A stretch of 61,551 bases of DNA, counting the filler, from Asterionella formosa (taxonomy: Eukaryota), in NCBI GenBank assembly GCA_002256025.1. It is 8 parts of 8 records of this genome, joined end to end, with 100 filler letters (N's around TTAATTAATTAA, not from the genome) between each part and the next. Parts side by side here need not be neighbours in the genome. Positions count along the whole stretch, not along the records: positions 46,276 to 53,870 come from NKIB01012423.1; positions 53,971 to 61,551 come from NKIB01012424.1; 6 more parts are not named here. One strand, given 5' to 3'. A program made the position numbers and the translations under genes. Of the stretch, positions 50,158 to 61,551 are shown piece after piece; the stretch's first letter is position 1; the number at the start of each line of letters is the position of its first letter. The notes below the pieces were generated by a model. The model saw only the letters and a list, made by a program, of their open reading frames with translations. It was not told the DNA's origin and ran no database searches.

Positions 50158-51517
50158 ATGGCAAAAGGAGACATTGAATTCAATCATCTCCTAGTCATGG
50201 AGTGCGGGAACAAGAATGACCTCAGTGATGTTATATCGCATAAAAACATTGCAGGCAATGACATTTTCATGGTGCGTTTCATTGCAATCCAAATTGCTAA
50301 GTGCCTTCAGTTTCTAAATGAAGAGTGTAAGGTTATGCACGGAGATGTGAAGGCTCGAAATTTTGTGTCTGGTAGCGAGGGTGTTGGATATGCTGCAATT
50401 GATCTTGATAATGCGGCATTAATTGACAAAGAAAATGCTGGTCAGAAGCGAACAAGCTCTGGATACATGCCTCCCGAACAGGCTACTGTTGAGTACCATA
50501 TTCGAATAGAGCAGGTTGCTGCAAAGGGAGTTAAAACCAGTCCCATGCTTCCCGAACAGGCTGCTGTTGAGTACCAGATGCAAAAGAAGGAGCAGGGGTG
50601 CTGTAGTCGTTAAAGCCAGTCCCTAATATGACATGTGGTGCTTTGGAGCCCTTCTATATAATCTCTGCACTGGTCGTCAATTTTTTGAAGTGGATACGCG
50701 TGAAGAAGTATTGCTGGACGAGCTTAAGAAAATAAAAGATTGGAGTGACCAAGTTTGTGAAGAAAAGGTCGAAACATTTTTGCCAAAAATCAAAGACTGG
50801 ACTTTTTTGAAAACTCTGCTTAAAGGATTGCTGAAGAGGGATCCAAACGAGCGCTATCATTGGTGGGGGAATATTATTAGCAAGCTTGAGAGAGATCCAG
50901 GAAAAGGCTATCACTGTTGAATTGATAATTTTAGTAAAGGTGAAGAAGGTGATATTAATAAAAAAAATTTAACCTCAATGCAAGTGATTGCAACTGAAGT
51001 GAAACAAATAAATCGTGAAGTGCAAGGTCTGCCAACTGAAGTGAAACAAATAAATCATGGAGTTCAGGGTTTGCAAGGTTTGCCAACTGAAGTGAAACAA
51101 ATAAATCTTGGAGTGCAAGATTTAAAAACTGAAGTGACACAACTAAATCAACAAGGCCAGGCCATGTTCTCTTATTTGAAAGCTTAAATACCACAAATAA
51201 TGAAGATTCTTCGTACTATCGATGCTGAATTAAAAGAGAGCTGTCCCAGAATTGTTTATATTAAACAACTCAGTAAACAAGCAGGGGCCTCAAGCAACCT
51301 CACGACTTGTCTAAGCAACCTGGTAAAATTTGAAGTGGAGATATACTTTGTTTGTCAGCATTCATTTACAGTTGTTAAAGAAACCAGAATTACTATCAAG
51401 GTAACCCGGCAGTGGGTGAAATATATTGTACCTGTCATAGCTGTGGTAGGTCTATCACACACTCTACTGTGTCACTTCTCTTGTCTCTTCCAATTAAAAA
51501 AGATTATTGAGTCATAA
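50158..51517 (+). pseudogene. Ser/Thr protein kinase pseudogene with C-terminal repeat tail
   Basis: LLVMECG, MHGDVKARN, AIDLDNA, SSGYMPPE, then a frameshift and stop (ASP*YDMWCFGALLY) and LLKRDPNER. Followed by PTEVKQIN repeats and a CPRIVY...IYFVCQHS segment. Confidence 0.8.
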
Positions 51518-51639
51518 ATTTGATTTGTTGAAAATAACTGTTGACTTTGTGTAGTTGCTCTAAGAGGTCATCAGATCTGCTCCAAATGATCCAGTATCAA
51601 TGATGAATAATGGGAGAAGTTGTGAAGGAAGAAGACTAC

Positions 51640-51860
51640 GTACCTTGTCTTTACCAGGGTAGACAAGAATGAAAGTCTCATCCATGTTGAAAACATTATC
51701 CACTTGGATCTTAATGGTAATGACTGACTCCGGGCAATATCAGCCCACCATTTAACATGGACCTTTTGTGAAATTATATTTACACGCTCAGAAAACTGAG
51801 TCCTTGAAAAAACTCTTCTAGCCCATTTACGAATACTTCCAGGATCTTTCAATAACTTAT
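51640..51860 (-). pseudogene. pogo/Tigger-like transposase relic
   Basis: WARRVFSRTQFSER...SQK (end of a CENP-B-type HTH) and VFNMDETFIL (first Asp of DDE_1) in different frames. Confidence 0.65.
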
Positions 51861-52727
51861 GAAAATCTTCAGAGTAGTTCTGTTGACCAAACCGATGTCA
51901 CAGTGGAACAATTACTAGCTACTTCAAATGAAGCAGCATCACTGACATGAATCTGGGAATGCGTCAATTAGCGGATCCAATGTATAATGCATAAATTTTT
52001 TCTTTGCTTGTGATGCTGCCAATTGTGGAGAAAATTATTTGTATTTTGGAAAACAAGTTGCTTCAGGCTTCCACTTCTTTCCAGTTGTTGCACTATTAAC
52101 AAATACTTTTTCAAAAATTTTGATTTGATCAAATCTTGTCTCCTGGTTTTACTAGTATGCATGACAAACAAATATTGCTTCCTCAATGGAACAATTTTCA
52201 TTATACCTTCTGGGTTTGCGGGCTTGGCAAGAATTGAAATCCATTTGTAAATGTTCTCCTTTCATAACCAGCTCCTCAGAGTTTCTGTTCTTACCATGAA
52301 CCCAAAAACTGCATCAAACAATCTTGATAGATGAGAGGTTCCCTAAATGTTGATATAGACTGGTAGATGCTCCTATGTTGTATTATGTATACCATTATGT
52401 ACAACATGTATGTACCCCAATGTAACAACAATACACCCGTACCAAGTAGCTGTGGACTGTGTTTACAATGTATTTGTACCGGCTATTTATAATGGCATAG
52501 ACCGCCCAGACTGCGCTGTACCTGAATGTACCAGGTTCGGGGGTAAAGTAGTAGAAACAACCGTATTCCTACTATCGGGTATGAAAACAACACAGATGCA
52601 TGCATGCATGATAGTGGGTTGATCGTGAGACAGAAACATGGTACCGACCGGTAAGCAAGGTTACTTTCTCACTTTCCACTTTGTCTGGGAGGCTTTTGTA
52701 TCAACATTTTTTCAGTACGAGTGGAAA

Positions 52728-52937
52728 GGGAAAAATTCTCAATCCATTTCCGGAATTTTGCTTAGCAGAATATCGGGTAAGCTAAAATGACCCTCGGGGT
52801 TATTAATCTACCGGTATGTTAAATACTAATTTGGGAAAAATTCTCAATCCATTTCCGGAATTTTGCTTAGCAGAATACCGGGTAAGCTAAAATGACCCTC
52901 GGGGTTATTAATCTACCGGTATGTTAAACACTAATTT
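52728..52937 (+). repeat. 105-bp tandem duplication (2 copies)
   Basis: 52728-52832 and 52833-52937 differ at about 2 positions. Confidence 0.95.
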
Positions 52938-53870
52938 ATGTACCTGTTGTACTGATACCAGTGTACCAGTACACTGTAAAAAAAGTGTTTTATTTTTTAA
53001 TAGCTCATAATTTCTCAAAATGTCCTCATCAGTCATGGAACGTTTTCATACAAGAAGATCCATTATGTATTCTATATAAGTTTATATGAAGATATGCAAA
53101 ATTGATAAATATCGGTAGTAGATGATATGTGTGACTGTTTTCTATCATTTACACAAAAGCCCTTTCAACACCATATTTTATTGCTCACATATTGCACATA
53201 TCACGAAGGGCATATGTATGTACAAACAAATTATGAGGGACAAAAGTTCCGGCATCATGGTGATGACTGAAAATGAAAAGAAATTTAGAGCTTTCATGTA
53301 GAACTCAAGTGTTAAATTCTTCTGCAGTCTGACTGCAATGCTAGCTCTTTCTAGACAAGCTCAGTGTATTAAAACCTTCTGTTCTAATCCCACCTTATTG
53401 TGAGCTTATTTGATCTATCTTGTAATCGTTCACATGACCAATTATTAAGGTTCTCTTCCCAAATTTGTATATAGATATTCATTGTGTTGTTAGACATTCA
53501 ATTCTCAACTGACAACTCAACTCCACTCACTTAGTAGAACAATCGTGAATATTCAATGCTATCTGCATTGCGTATATACCTTTCCTTCATTGAAATATTT
53601 ATTACTTAGAACATTCTCCATTCGAATATTTACCTTGGTTTGCTGATATAGTTCTTGGCAATCAATGCTGTTCAAATTCTCACAGCATTTCAATACGGGA
53701 TTTTGGCTGGAATATTATTCAAGATTGATTAGTTCGACTGAACTAATATGCACGCAGTACTAAATCTTGACATCCTCCCTGTTCCAGTTCCAACAATCCA
53801 TTGTCCCATTGCAAATATCATATGCATGCGATTCATGCACCTTCTGAGTTACATTCTTTGACAGCAGGTC

Positions 53871-53970
53871 NNNNNNNNNNNNNNNNNNNNNNNNNNNNNN
53901 NNNNNNNNNNNNNNTTAATTAATTAANNNNNNNNNNNNNNNNNNNNNNNNNNNNNNNNNNNNNNNNNNNN
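53871..53970. other. Artificial contig spacer
   Basis: N-run/TTAATTAATTAA/N-run. Confidence 0.98.
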
Positions 53971-54379
53971 TAAATTGCTTCATCGTAAATCTATCGTAAA
54001 CATGATCATAATTCTAATCACAAGCATTGTTCAAAATAGATTGAAATGGATCGTAATTTAACTATCAAATTTAGCAATGCTATCTATTAATCTACATGCC
54101 AGCGACCCAACGTTTCTCTCTCTACTCGGCTCAATGTATATTGTTCCTGTCTCGCCCTTTTCTTCCTCTGTTCTGAATCTTGTGCCAAGCTATGCCTTCC
54201 TAATGTTGCGTCTCTCTCCCTGCTGTTAGTGTCATTCTGAACTCGTCGACAATTCCGTTGTTTGATCGGTTATATTGTCCTATGCAGTTACAGTTACAAT
54301 GAGAAGGAACGACTTGTTTGCTAGACATGTTACACTGACACCACAACTTCACGCCATTCCATCGTATCCTCTTGCTTGA

Positions 54380-55305
54380 TTCACTTACCACAGCCAAATC
54401 AAAGCAAGTGATGCATAAGTCTGTAAAAGTAAATTGTCAGTAAATTCTTGAATAAGTAAGTTTCAGGTTTCCAATATTGACGAATAAAACTTACCGATTC
54501 ATTTTCGTTAGCTTAACTGTGAGAGAATGTAAACGTTTCCGTCAGTTATGTTCCATCAGAAGTGAAAAAAACCAACGACAAGAGCACTTACCAATTTTGT
54601 TTTGTTTTGCTTTGGTGCTCCGCCCCCAACAAGCGAAACGAGCTGTTGAATCAACTGAGAAGGAGAAGGAAATGTGCATTTAGTTTACAATTTGTAGTTG
54701 TCCTGCCTACCCCCCAACGATTTTCATCCAAGTACCACATTGATGGCTTCATTACCTTATACATACTCCATCCTTCGAAGGCGCAATGTGTCGAAGCCAC
54801 AATGGTTTTCGTTATTGCGTAAACTTTCCTTTCTTGTCATGTGCTTTACTACGATATTTCTTTTCATGAAGCAGGCATTGTTTGTTAACATGACAGAACG
54901 TTTTCAAATATATTTGCCATGTATATAGTTATAAAATTTGTAAATATATAAATATATCAAGTGTCATACATTTATAAAAATCAAAGGCACTCTCAACATG
55001 AAACGTCTGGTATTGTTGAGATGATCACATTTGCTTATAGATAATTCGAAAATAATCAATGCACGATGTGTCCATTGTTTTTCACGACTTCGTGTACCGG
55101 TACTGTTTCTGGAATTTGTTCACATCAATATTTTTTTACGTCCGTTGGAACTAATTATTTAGACCATTCAATTGGTGAACTGAGTCATAACCCATTTGTA
55201 TCATTATTTATACGCGAGGATTTTGGTAGCAAATTGTTTAAGCCCCATTTTTGGGCGCGAGTTCTTCATGTGTACTGGTACATCATACGAAAATCACAAT
55301 TTATC
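54380..55305. repeat. Dispersed repeat, inverted copy of 12185-13074
   Basis: Colinear reverse-complement similarity throughout. Confidence 0.9.
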
Positions 55306-55362
55306 ACATATATACAGAGTACCAGTAGCAGGTACTAGGAAGTGATATACTGGGGGTACCAG

Positions 55363-55923
55363 GTAGTAAGCGAGCAACAGAACACCATGTGTTCATGACT
55401 GTTGCCACTGCAGTGAGACAGTAAATCATCATAGCTTTAGGATCGTATGATCATAAAATTGAAAAGGGATAGTCGGAGTAGTAAGCGAGCAACAGAGCAC
55501 CATTTGTTCATGACTGCTGCTACTGCAGCGGGACATTAAATCATCATTTTTTTAGGATAGTATGATCATAAAATTGAAAGAGGATAGTCGGAGTAGTAAG
55601 CGAGCAACAGAACACCATATTTTCATGACTGTTGCTACTGCAGCGGGACAGTAAATCATTGTAGTTTCAGGATTGTATGATCATAAAATTGAAAAAGGGT
55701 AGTCGGAGAAGAAAGCGAGCAACAGAACACCATATGTTCAAGACTGTTGCTACTGCAGCGGGACAGTAAATCATCATAGTTTCAGGATTGTATGATTGTA
55801 AAATTGAAAGAGGGTAGTCGGAGTAGTAAGCAAGGAACAGAACACCATATGTTCATGAATGCTGCTACTGCAGCGGGACAGTAAATTATCATATTTTAAA
55901 GATTGTATAATCATAATTGAAAA
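55363..55923. repeat. Tandem array of five 115-bp units
   Basis: Units start at 55363, 55478, 55593, 55708 and 55823 (gtagtaagcgagcaacagaacaccat...actgcagcgggacagtaaatc...atgatcataaaattgaaa...tagtcgga). Confidence 0.95.
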
Positions 55924-56842
55924 CAAGATATGCTATAGGCAGGACAAGCCATGGAGAACCATTTTGTACAGGAGACAAATCTGGAGTGACTAAATTTCAA
56001 CTAAGTCTTCGGGCACAGTGTGAATTGCAATCACGTTTTGTTGGTTCGCTGATCAATGCCAGTACAGAAGCCTTTTGATTCTTGGTGCTAAAAGGAAAAT
56101 TCCGATTGCAACAAAAATATTTGGGTTTCAATCCAGATGATCAGGAAATTTCAGAGAACGATATTCGTCATTCTACTAATTTTGTCGACATTGGTGGGAA
56201 ACCACTTATCAAAAAATGTGTGAGGGAAGAAAGTTCAGTTTCAAATGGTCTCACTGATCAATGGACTGATGATGTTAATTTACTCGGCTATTATAAGGAA
56301 ATCTACACTGGACTTTCACAAAAGAATCGATCTGAATATGGAAGGCAGGAATCCTAGTGGAATCGCTACTTCCACCACCAATAAATATCATCTACTCACA
56401 CTCATACTTCTCATTTACCAATGTAAGTGAAGAGGATATGCATCAATATGCTGAACCACTTCAATCAAATGTTCCTGAAAAGAATACTATTGATGACAAT
56501 GAACGCATTAATCAACAGGTCATTGATGACGACGTTGATTTTGAATGGATCTAATAGAATCCAATGCATGCTTAGTAGTTAAATAATACATATTATAGTT
56601 AGTGTGAGACTTCTACAATGCACAAACCATATCACAGATGTTAGGAAAACATTGATGTTGCTCTATACTACTAGTAATACTACTAGTAGTGGCGCCTGTA
56701 CTGTATGTAGCGGTATACCTCCATTTTTACTACTATGGTGGTGAGATAATTTCACGACTCTGTATTGTCCAGCACACCAAAATTCTTCTTATTAAATCAT
56801 TTTCATTCTATCCTGTTCATATCCTGCTGACTTTGTCATCAT

Positions 56843-59145
56843 TTGGAATTTGCAATGTCTTTGCGGACATTGCAATGGTGTTATCTGTGTAACTACAAAT
56901 TTCGGAAGAACAAATCCCCATCTGAGTCTCACAATCGAAATTGTAGTAACCGTGCTTTTTATGCATATGGTCACTGTCGACATTGCATGCAAGAACATCG
57001 AGTTCCTGGAATACATAATGAAACTATGTATTGCGGTAGTGCATCGAATCATTCAAGGAAAGAAGTTAATGGCAGTGTAACTGATGCAGCATTTAGGGAG
57101 AGTACTAGACAACAAAAAGAGATTATGTGTCCTTTCTTGGAATCAAGTAACAATCACAACAAGACGAACATTGAGACTAAAAACTCTCCAAGGATTGAAT
57201 TCAGAGACCATGCAGTATTCAGATTTCCAAGATCACACCAGCTTTCTCCCTGCCTTGAAAATGCAATGGAAATGCCCCTTCCTCCTCAATTTCAACTTAC
57301 AAGTAAACATTCCCTAAACATGCATCCAATCGAATTAGAAACCATTTTATTCCTTAACAAGAACAACCTACCTTCCACCAGTTTACTTTGATCATCTAAT
57401 GAAATGGCTGTTCAAGGCCAAAGCAATTAAATATTTTGATGGAAGGCAGGTATCAAGCTCCATCCTACCTATCAATTCAAACATGATCATCCCACGCACA
57501 CTCCATTATTTCGAACCAGTACAGATCATGGCAGGATTCTTGTGTGATTCTGATATCATGCAACATTTTGTAAGTCACCCACAAGTGAAACTTACAACTT
57601 GTGGAGAACGCATGCATATATGACGAAGTGTCTTCCGCAACTTGGTTTGAAAATGCATTCAACAATTCTCCTGCATCAGAAAATGGAGTGTTGAAGACAG
57701 AGTGTTTATTTGTTGCCCTAGCAGTTTTCAGTGATGGTTCACCTATTGATAAACAAATGAAACATTCCGAGCATCCGTTTTTGTTGACCACAATGTTAAA
57801 CTTAACGTTAGAAGGAAGGAAAAAAGTTGATGGATGGCAATCGGTATCTCTTTTGCCAGACATTGAAGTCAGTGATCTGGAGAAACAAATGAACAATAAG
57901 TTATCTGGTGACAAGCAACGTGTCCTTATGTAGACTCAAACATACCATTCTGTTACAGGATTTCTATTGTCGCCTTCCGAAGAGCGATCCAAACAAGTCA
58001 TACGATATTTGGGTTAATGGTCTTGGTATGACAAAAGTTTATTTCCAAATTAGAATGGTCATTGATGATACAGAAGAGCACAAAAAAATTGTTGTTTTAG
58101 GGGGGTGGTAATGGATTATATCGACAATATGTTTGTCTTGATTGCCTGGTTTCAACTGAAGATGCTGATAATCCCGATATTGGATTTGAACGTCGTAAAG
58201 TGTCTGAGTTAAAAAGGTTTTAGCAAATTTCTTGACAAAAATGCATATCCCAATGGAAAATTACCAGGTATTCCACCTGAGTATTGTGTCTCCCAATGAT
58301 TCCAGATACAAGGATGTTGCCTAGTACTAGTACGTCGCCTGATAATTTGGGAATATTTCCTACCAACATCCATTCATCATCCCTTCCTGTTAAAGTTCAA
58401 CTCTCTGATTCATCATCATATGGTCTATGGACTATAGCAGGAGGTGTCTCTAATAAGATTTGGCATGTATCACGGAGTAAGGTTGTACCCTTGTCTCAAT
58501 TGGTTCATCCTGATTTACCAAAGGGGGCCAACTACGTAAAGAGCATTGCAAAATTAAGAGTCTTGAAGATGGGGTTGGGCCTGATAATGTTTCCATTGTA
58601 AGGATAGACTTTTATTATCATGTTAAAATTGAAAGTAACGTTCACGGCCAAACTACTATTTTCAGATGCTATCTGAAATGGAATAATGATTCAAATGCAG
58701 GAATCTCTGGTCGTGAATGGTTTGACTGGTTCGAAGTGGAAGTGGACTGGGAGAAAGGAGATGGATCAAGTTCCTACACAGTTCAGTTCCGGCAAAACTA
58801 CTTCTTTGGGGAAATGTTATTTTCTCCAACACAACAACCTTTCTCTTAGCGTGTATTCGTTCCTTGAAAAGTTCAACTGAAATGAAAATTCATAAACGTA
58901 TGTTTTTTGCTAGAGGAGACACCTTATGCAATTATACAACTGAACTGAGTGTTGTTGAATTTCATAACATACTTTCGGCAGCATTTGTTGTTCCTGATTT
59001 GAAACCACAGGAATCAAGGAAATCTCTGAAACCGCAAGAAATTTCGGAACAGATACGGACAGATAATTTTTATGTTGCCATGCTGCCTCCTCGTCATTTA
59101 TGGAAATCAATCGGATGGGACCAAAAACTAACAAGCGAACGTTGA
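56843..59145 (+). pseudogene. Degenerate Plavaka-like (CACTA-related) transposase
   Basis: Consecutive frameshifted segments IYDEVSSATWF, LAVFSDGSPID, HPFLLT..NL...R....WQSVSLLP, MVIDDTEEHKK, GREWFDWFEV..VPAKLLLW and ILSAAFVVPD. An upstream Cys/His-rich segment may be its N-terminus. Confidence 0.65.
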
Positions 59146-59549
59146 TAAATACACAAGAATACAGAGGCGTAATTGCATATTTCTTGTGGGGTATGTGAGT
59201 ACAAATCTTTCCACAATTTTAGTTGTCCATGCGTTTTCGGCAAACTCTAGTAAAATGCAGTTTGCTTTGGCATAATAACTCTACACATTTCACATGCTGA
59301 CTCTTCACAAAAGGAGACTAGCTGCCTTCGGGATTATTCTCGATGATTTTACAGAGAAATTCTAATCTTTTTCTTCCATGTATACTATGATTTGGAAAAA
59401 GATGATTCAATTTTGTGCATCAAACTTCAATCCCGACTCAGTGTATCAATTGCCTTATCCAGCATCACATGCATCTCTGTCTGCATTGATCTTCTTGAAT
59501 TCAAGGTCTTGATCTAGCTCGTACGTTTTCTTTGAATATCTTGCATTTC

Positions 59550-59921
59550 TAGCTCAACGTTGGCTGGGTTTGAAGAGGAGTTAAGTACACAAGTAATCTT
59601 CATATAGCCCTAGAAGTGAACTTTCGGCGAGAAACTGCGGAAAGGAACTTCGGTTTTTACTAGGGCAAATAAACGAGTTGGCCTGGTCAAATCCACTATT
59701 TTCAGCAAATAGTTAAAAGACCGAAGTTTCTTTCTGCAGTTTCTGGCCAGATCCTATATCCTGTCGTTTCATAGAGTTGACCTATACCCCTAGTTCGATC
59801 AATGACGGTACTGGTATCTAAGCATATGGAAAGGGTGTCCAATGGTGAAAGCTCCAAGTAGCGATATTCATATTTAGTTTTGACGTGAAAAGTTCGTGTT
59901 TGATTAGTCTGACTCAATATT
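59550..59921. repeat. Inverted partial copy of the 2556-3769 element interior (matches 2601-2965)
   Basis: aatattgagtcagactaatcaaacac, ggagctttcacca, caccctttccatatgctta and acccagccaacgtt are shared in reverse complement. Confidence 0.88.
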
Positions 59922-60474
59922 TGCATCTGATACAAGATCATCACACCGGTGGGCATTCACTACTGTGAGTTAAGATAATTATATTGTGAATTTTCAAATT
60001 TGCATTCGCTTTTGAATTTACTTTGTTTACAATCTCAATTGTAATTAACTAATTTATCAAGTGGTTCCATAGATTGTATTATAGCATGAATATGACCATT
60101 AAACTGGGGAAAATACAAGGTATTTCATTGCATGACAAAACTATTAAAGGGAATGGTATTACCCAGACTTTACTGGTATATCATGAGCTTTGTAGAAGGT
60201 GCAAGTTAAGTACCAGTGCGCTACATAGCTGTGACTTCTGTATGGCCATAAAAAGGTTGCAATGCGAGTTATTTTCAGGTACATTCACAGAACAAGAGGA
60301 TTATTGAATGAAGTCAATCGTTTGAAATGTTTTCAGTGATTCCCCTTCTCTAGTGAAAAACTTCTCCAAATCACCTCAACAGGCAAGCAGCTAGATACAA
60401 TGCACAATCAACTTCTTGCTAGTCTACTCATTTCACTTCATCTACCCTCGCTTCGTCTATGATACTATATTCGC

Positions 60475-61545
60475 TTAGGACCAACACTGAAACGCTACTT
60501 CACTCAAGTGATCTCGCGAAACGACATCGTCACTGCTTGATGAATGAGTTTGCTGTGATGACATATACTGTTCCCCCTGACTTGCAGAACGAATTAGCGT
60601 ATGCTGCTGCTTGCGTCGGCGAATCTTGAGTTTCGGTGATCGAAAGGTTCGTTCCCAGGTTTCGTCAAAGTCAGCGAGTTGACTCTCCGACACATAGACC
60701 CCCATGTCACCCAACGACTGTCGCATCCAATCCTGCATTTGCTCCAATTGATACGAGGGAATTCCCAGGGAAGAGAGTTCAGATTGACTATTGGGGTTAA
60801 CGGCTTTTTGAGCAATGAGCAGAGATGTCAGCAACAACCGATGCACAGTTCTTGGTACCAAGAACGGACACTTTTCTTGTCCATGACTCCTGGGTGTTTC
60901 CACACTGCAGGCGCGATCCAAATATAAAATTGCCAATTTCAAGACGAGGGGATCGTCTTGAATATTAAGAGCAGTCGTCAAGTGTTGCAAATACAACAGC
61001 AAGTCGGGTCCCCATCGCTTGACCCCAGTTCGTGAGTCTCGCGGTGCATTTGCGTGGAACAGAGTCAAGTCATCAGATTCGTCCGAGGCAACGCGGATCG
61101 GTGGTTCCCATTGCTGAGATGGATGCACGTGCACCATTTGACCTCCTCGATGTATAGATACGGCAGGGTTTGTGTTGTGTGGACCGCGAGTGCCTTCTAG
61201 AAGGGAGTCATGGATGCTCGCTTGCATCTTGACGGCGGCATTCAGTCGTCGGTTCATTTCGCACGTGTATCGCAGCGACAGAGAAACGTCGTTTAGCTCG
61301 AGGCGGCATTCATCATCACTACCAAAGCCGTTAATGCTATTATGGACCGCGGTGGATGCAGCCACGAGCAAGGCCGATGCGCCTCCACGCAACACTAATA
61401 AATCTCGGCATGGATACGATTCGTCCCATGAATGCCAACACGAGGCATCAGCGACGGACGGTAATGACGATATAGCTGCTGCCAATCGCAATATAATGCT
61501 TAAGCTGGTGACAGTAGAGACTCTCATGGTGGTAGCTCGTCTCAT
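60475..61545 (-). CDS. Cyclin-like protein (PHO80/cyclin P-U family domain) with N-terminal signal-peptide-like segment
   Basis: LLLYLQHL...LKLAILYLDRA...LVPRTVHRLLLTSLLIAQK...LGIP..QLEQM matches the PHO80-type cyclin box. The ORF is intact (356 aa). Confidence 0.72.
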   Translation of the reverse strand: MRRATTMRVSTVTSLSIILRLAAAISSLPSVADASCWHSWDESYPCRDLLVLRGGASALLVAASTAVHNSINGFGSDDECRLELNDVSLSLRYTCEMNRRLNAAVKMQASIHDSLLEGTRGPHNTNPAVSIHRGGQMVHVHPSQQWEPPIRVASDESDDLTLFHANAPRDSRTGVKRWGPDLLLYLQHLTTALNIQDDPLVLKLAILYLDRACSVETPRSHGQEKCPFLVPRTVHRLLLTSLLIAQKAVNPNSQSELSSLGIPSYQLEQMQDWMRQSLGDMGVYVSESQLADFDETWERTFRSPKLKIRRRKQQHTLIRSASQGEQYMSSQQTHSSSSDDVVSRDHLSEVAFQCWS

Positions 61546-61551
61546 AATTGA

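Noticed and set aside
55363..55923. Possible CRISPR array
   Set aside because: Whole 115-bp units are repeated with no unique spacers; no cas genes; eukaryotic context.

Overview
Eukaryotic nuclear DNA, most likely from a diatom. This is inferred from short GT-AG introns, diatom-type Copia gag/RT, HMG-box and LRR gene families. The window is not one locus. It is eight ~7.6-kb contigs joined by artificial 100-bp spacers (N-run/TTAATTAATTAA/N-run), so adjacency across spacers has no biological meaning. Host genes: partial DGAT2, GFAT/GlmS with a ~98-aa N-terminal presequence, AMP deaminase, a Polo-like kinase, a secreted PI-PLC-X-like protein, a DUF4336 protein, a multi-exon LRR membrane protein, an HMG-box protein, an IRAK/Pelle-like kinase with an internal duplication, a second kinase pseudogene, and a PHO80/cyclin-P-like protein with an apparent signal peptide. 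Intergenic DNA is a mosaic of transposon relics: Copia, LINE RNase H, two kinds of tyrosine recombinase, plant-type mariner, pogo, PIF/Harbinger, Kolobok-like, Plavaka and MITEs. Three signals stand out. (1) The palindrome TACCGGTA occurs about 28 times by hand count, all outside the recognised exons and often at repeat junctions. (2) The GFAT presequence looks mitochondrial and must be cleaved to expose the catalytic Cys. (3) A cyclin fold sits behind a signal peptide and an LRGG motif. No CRISPR array, rRNA or tRNA was recognised.
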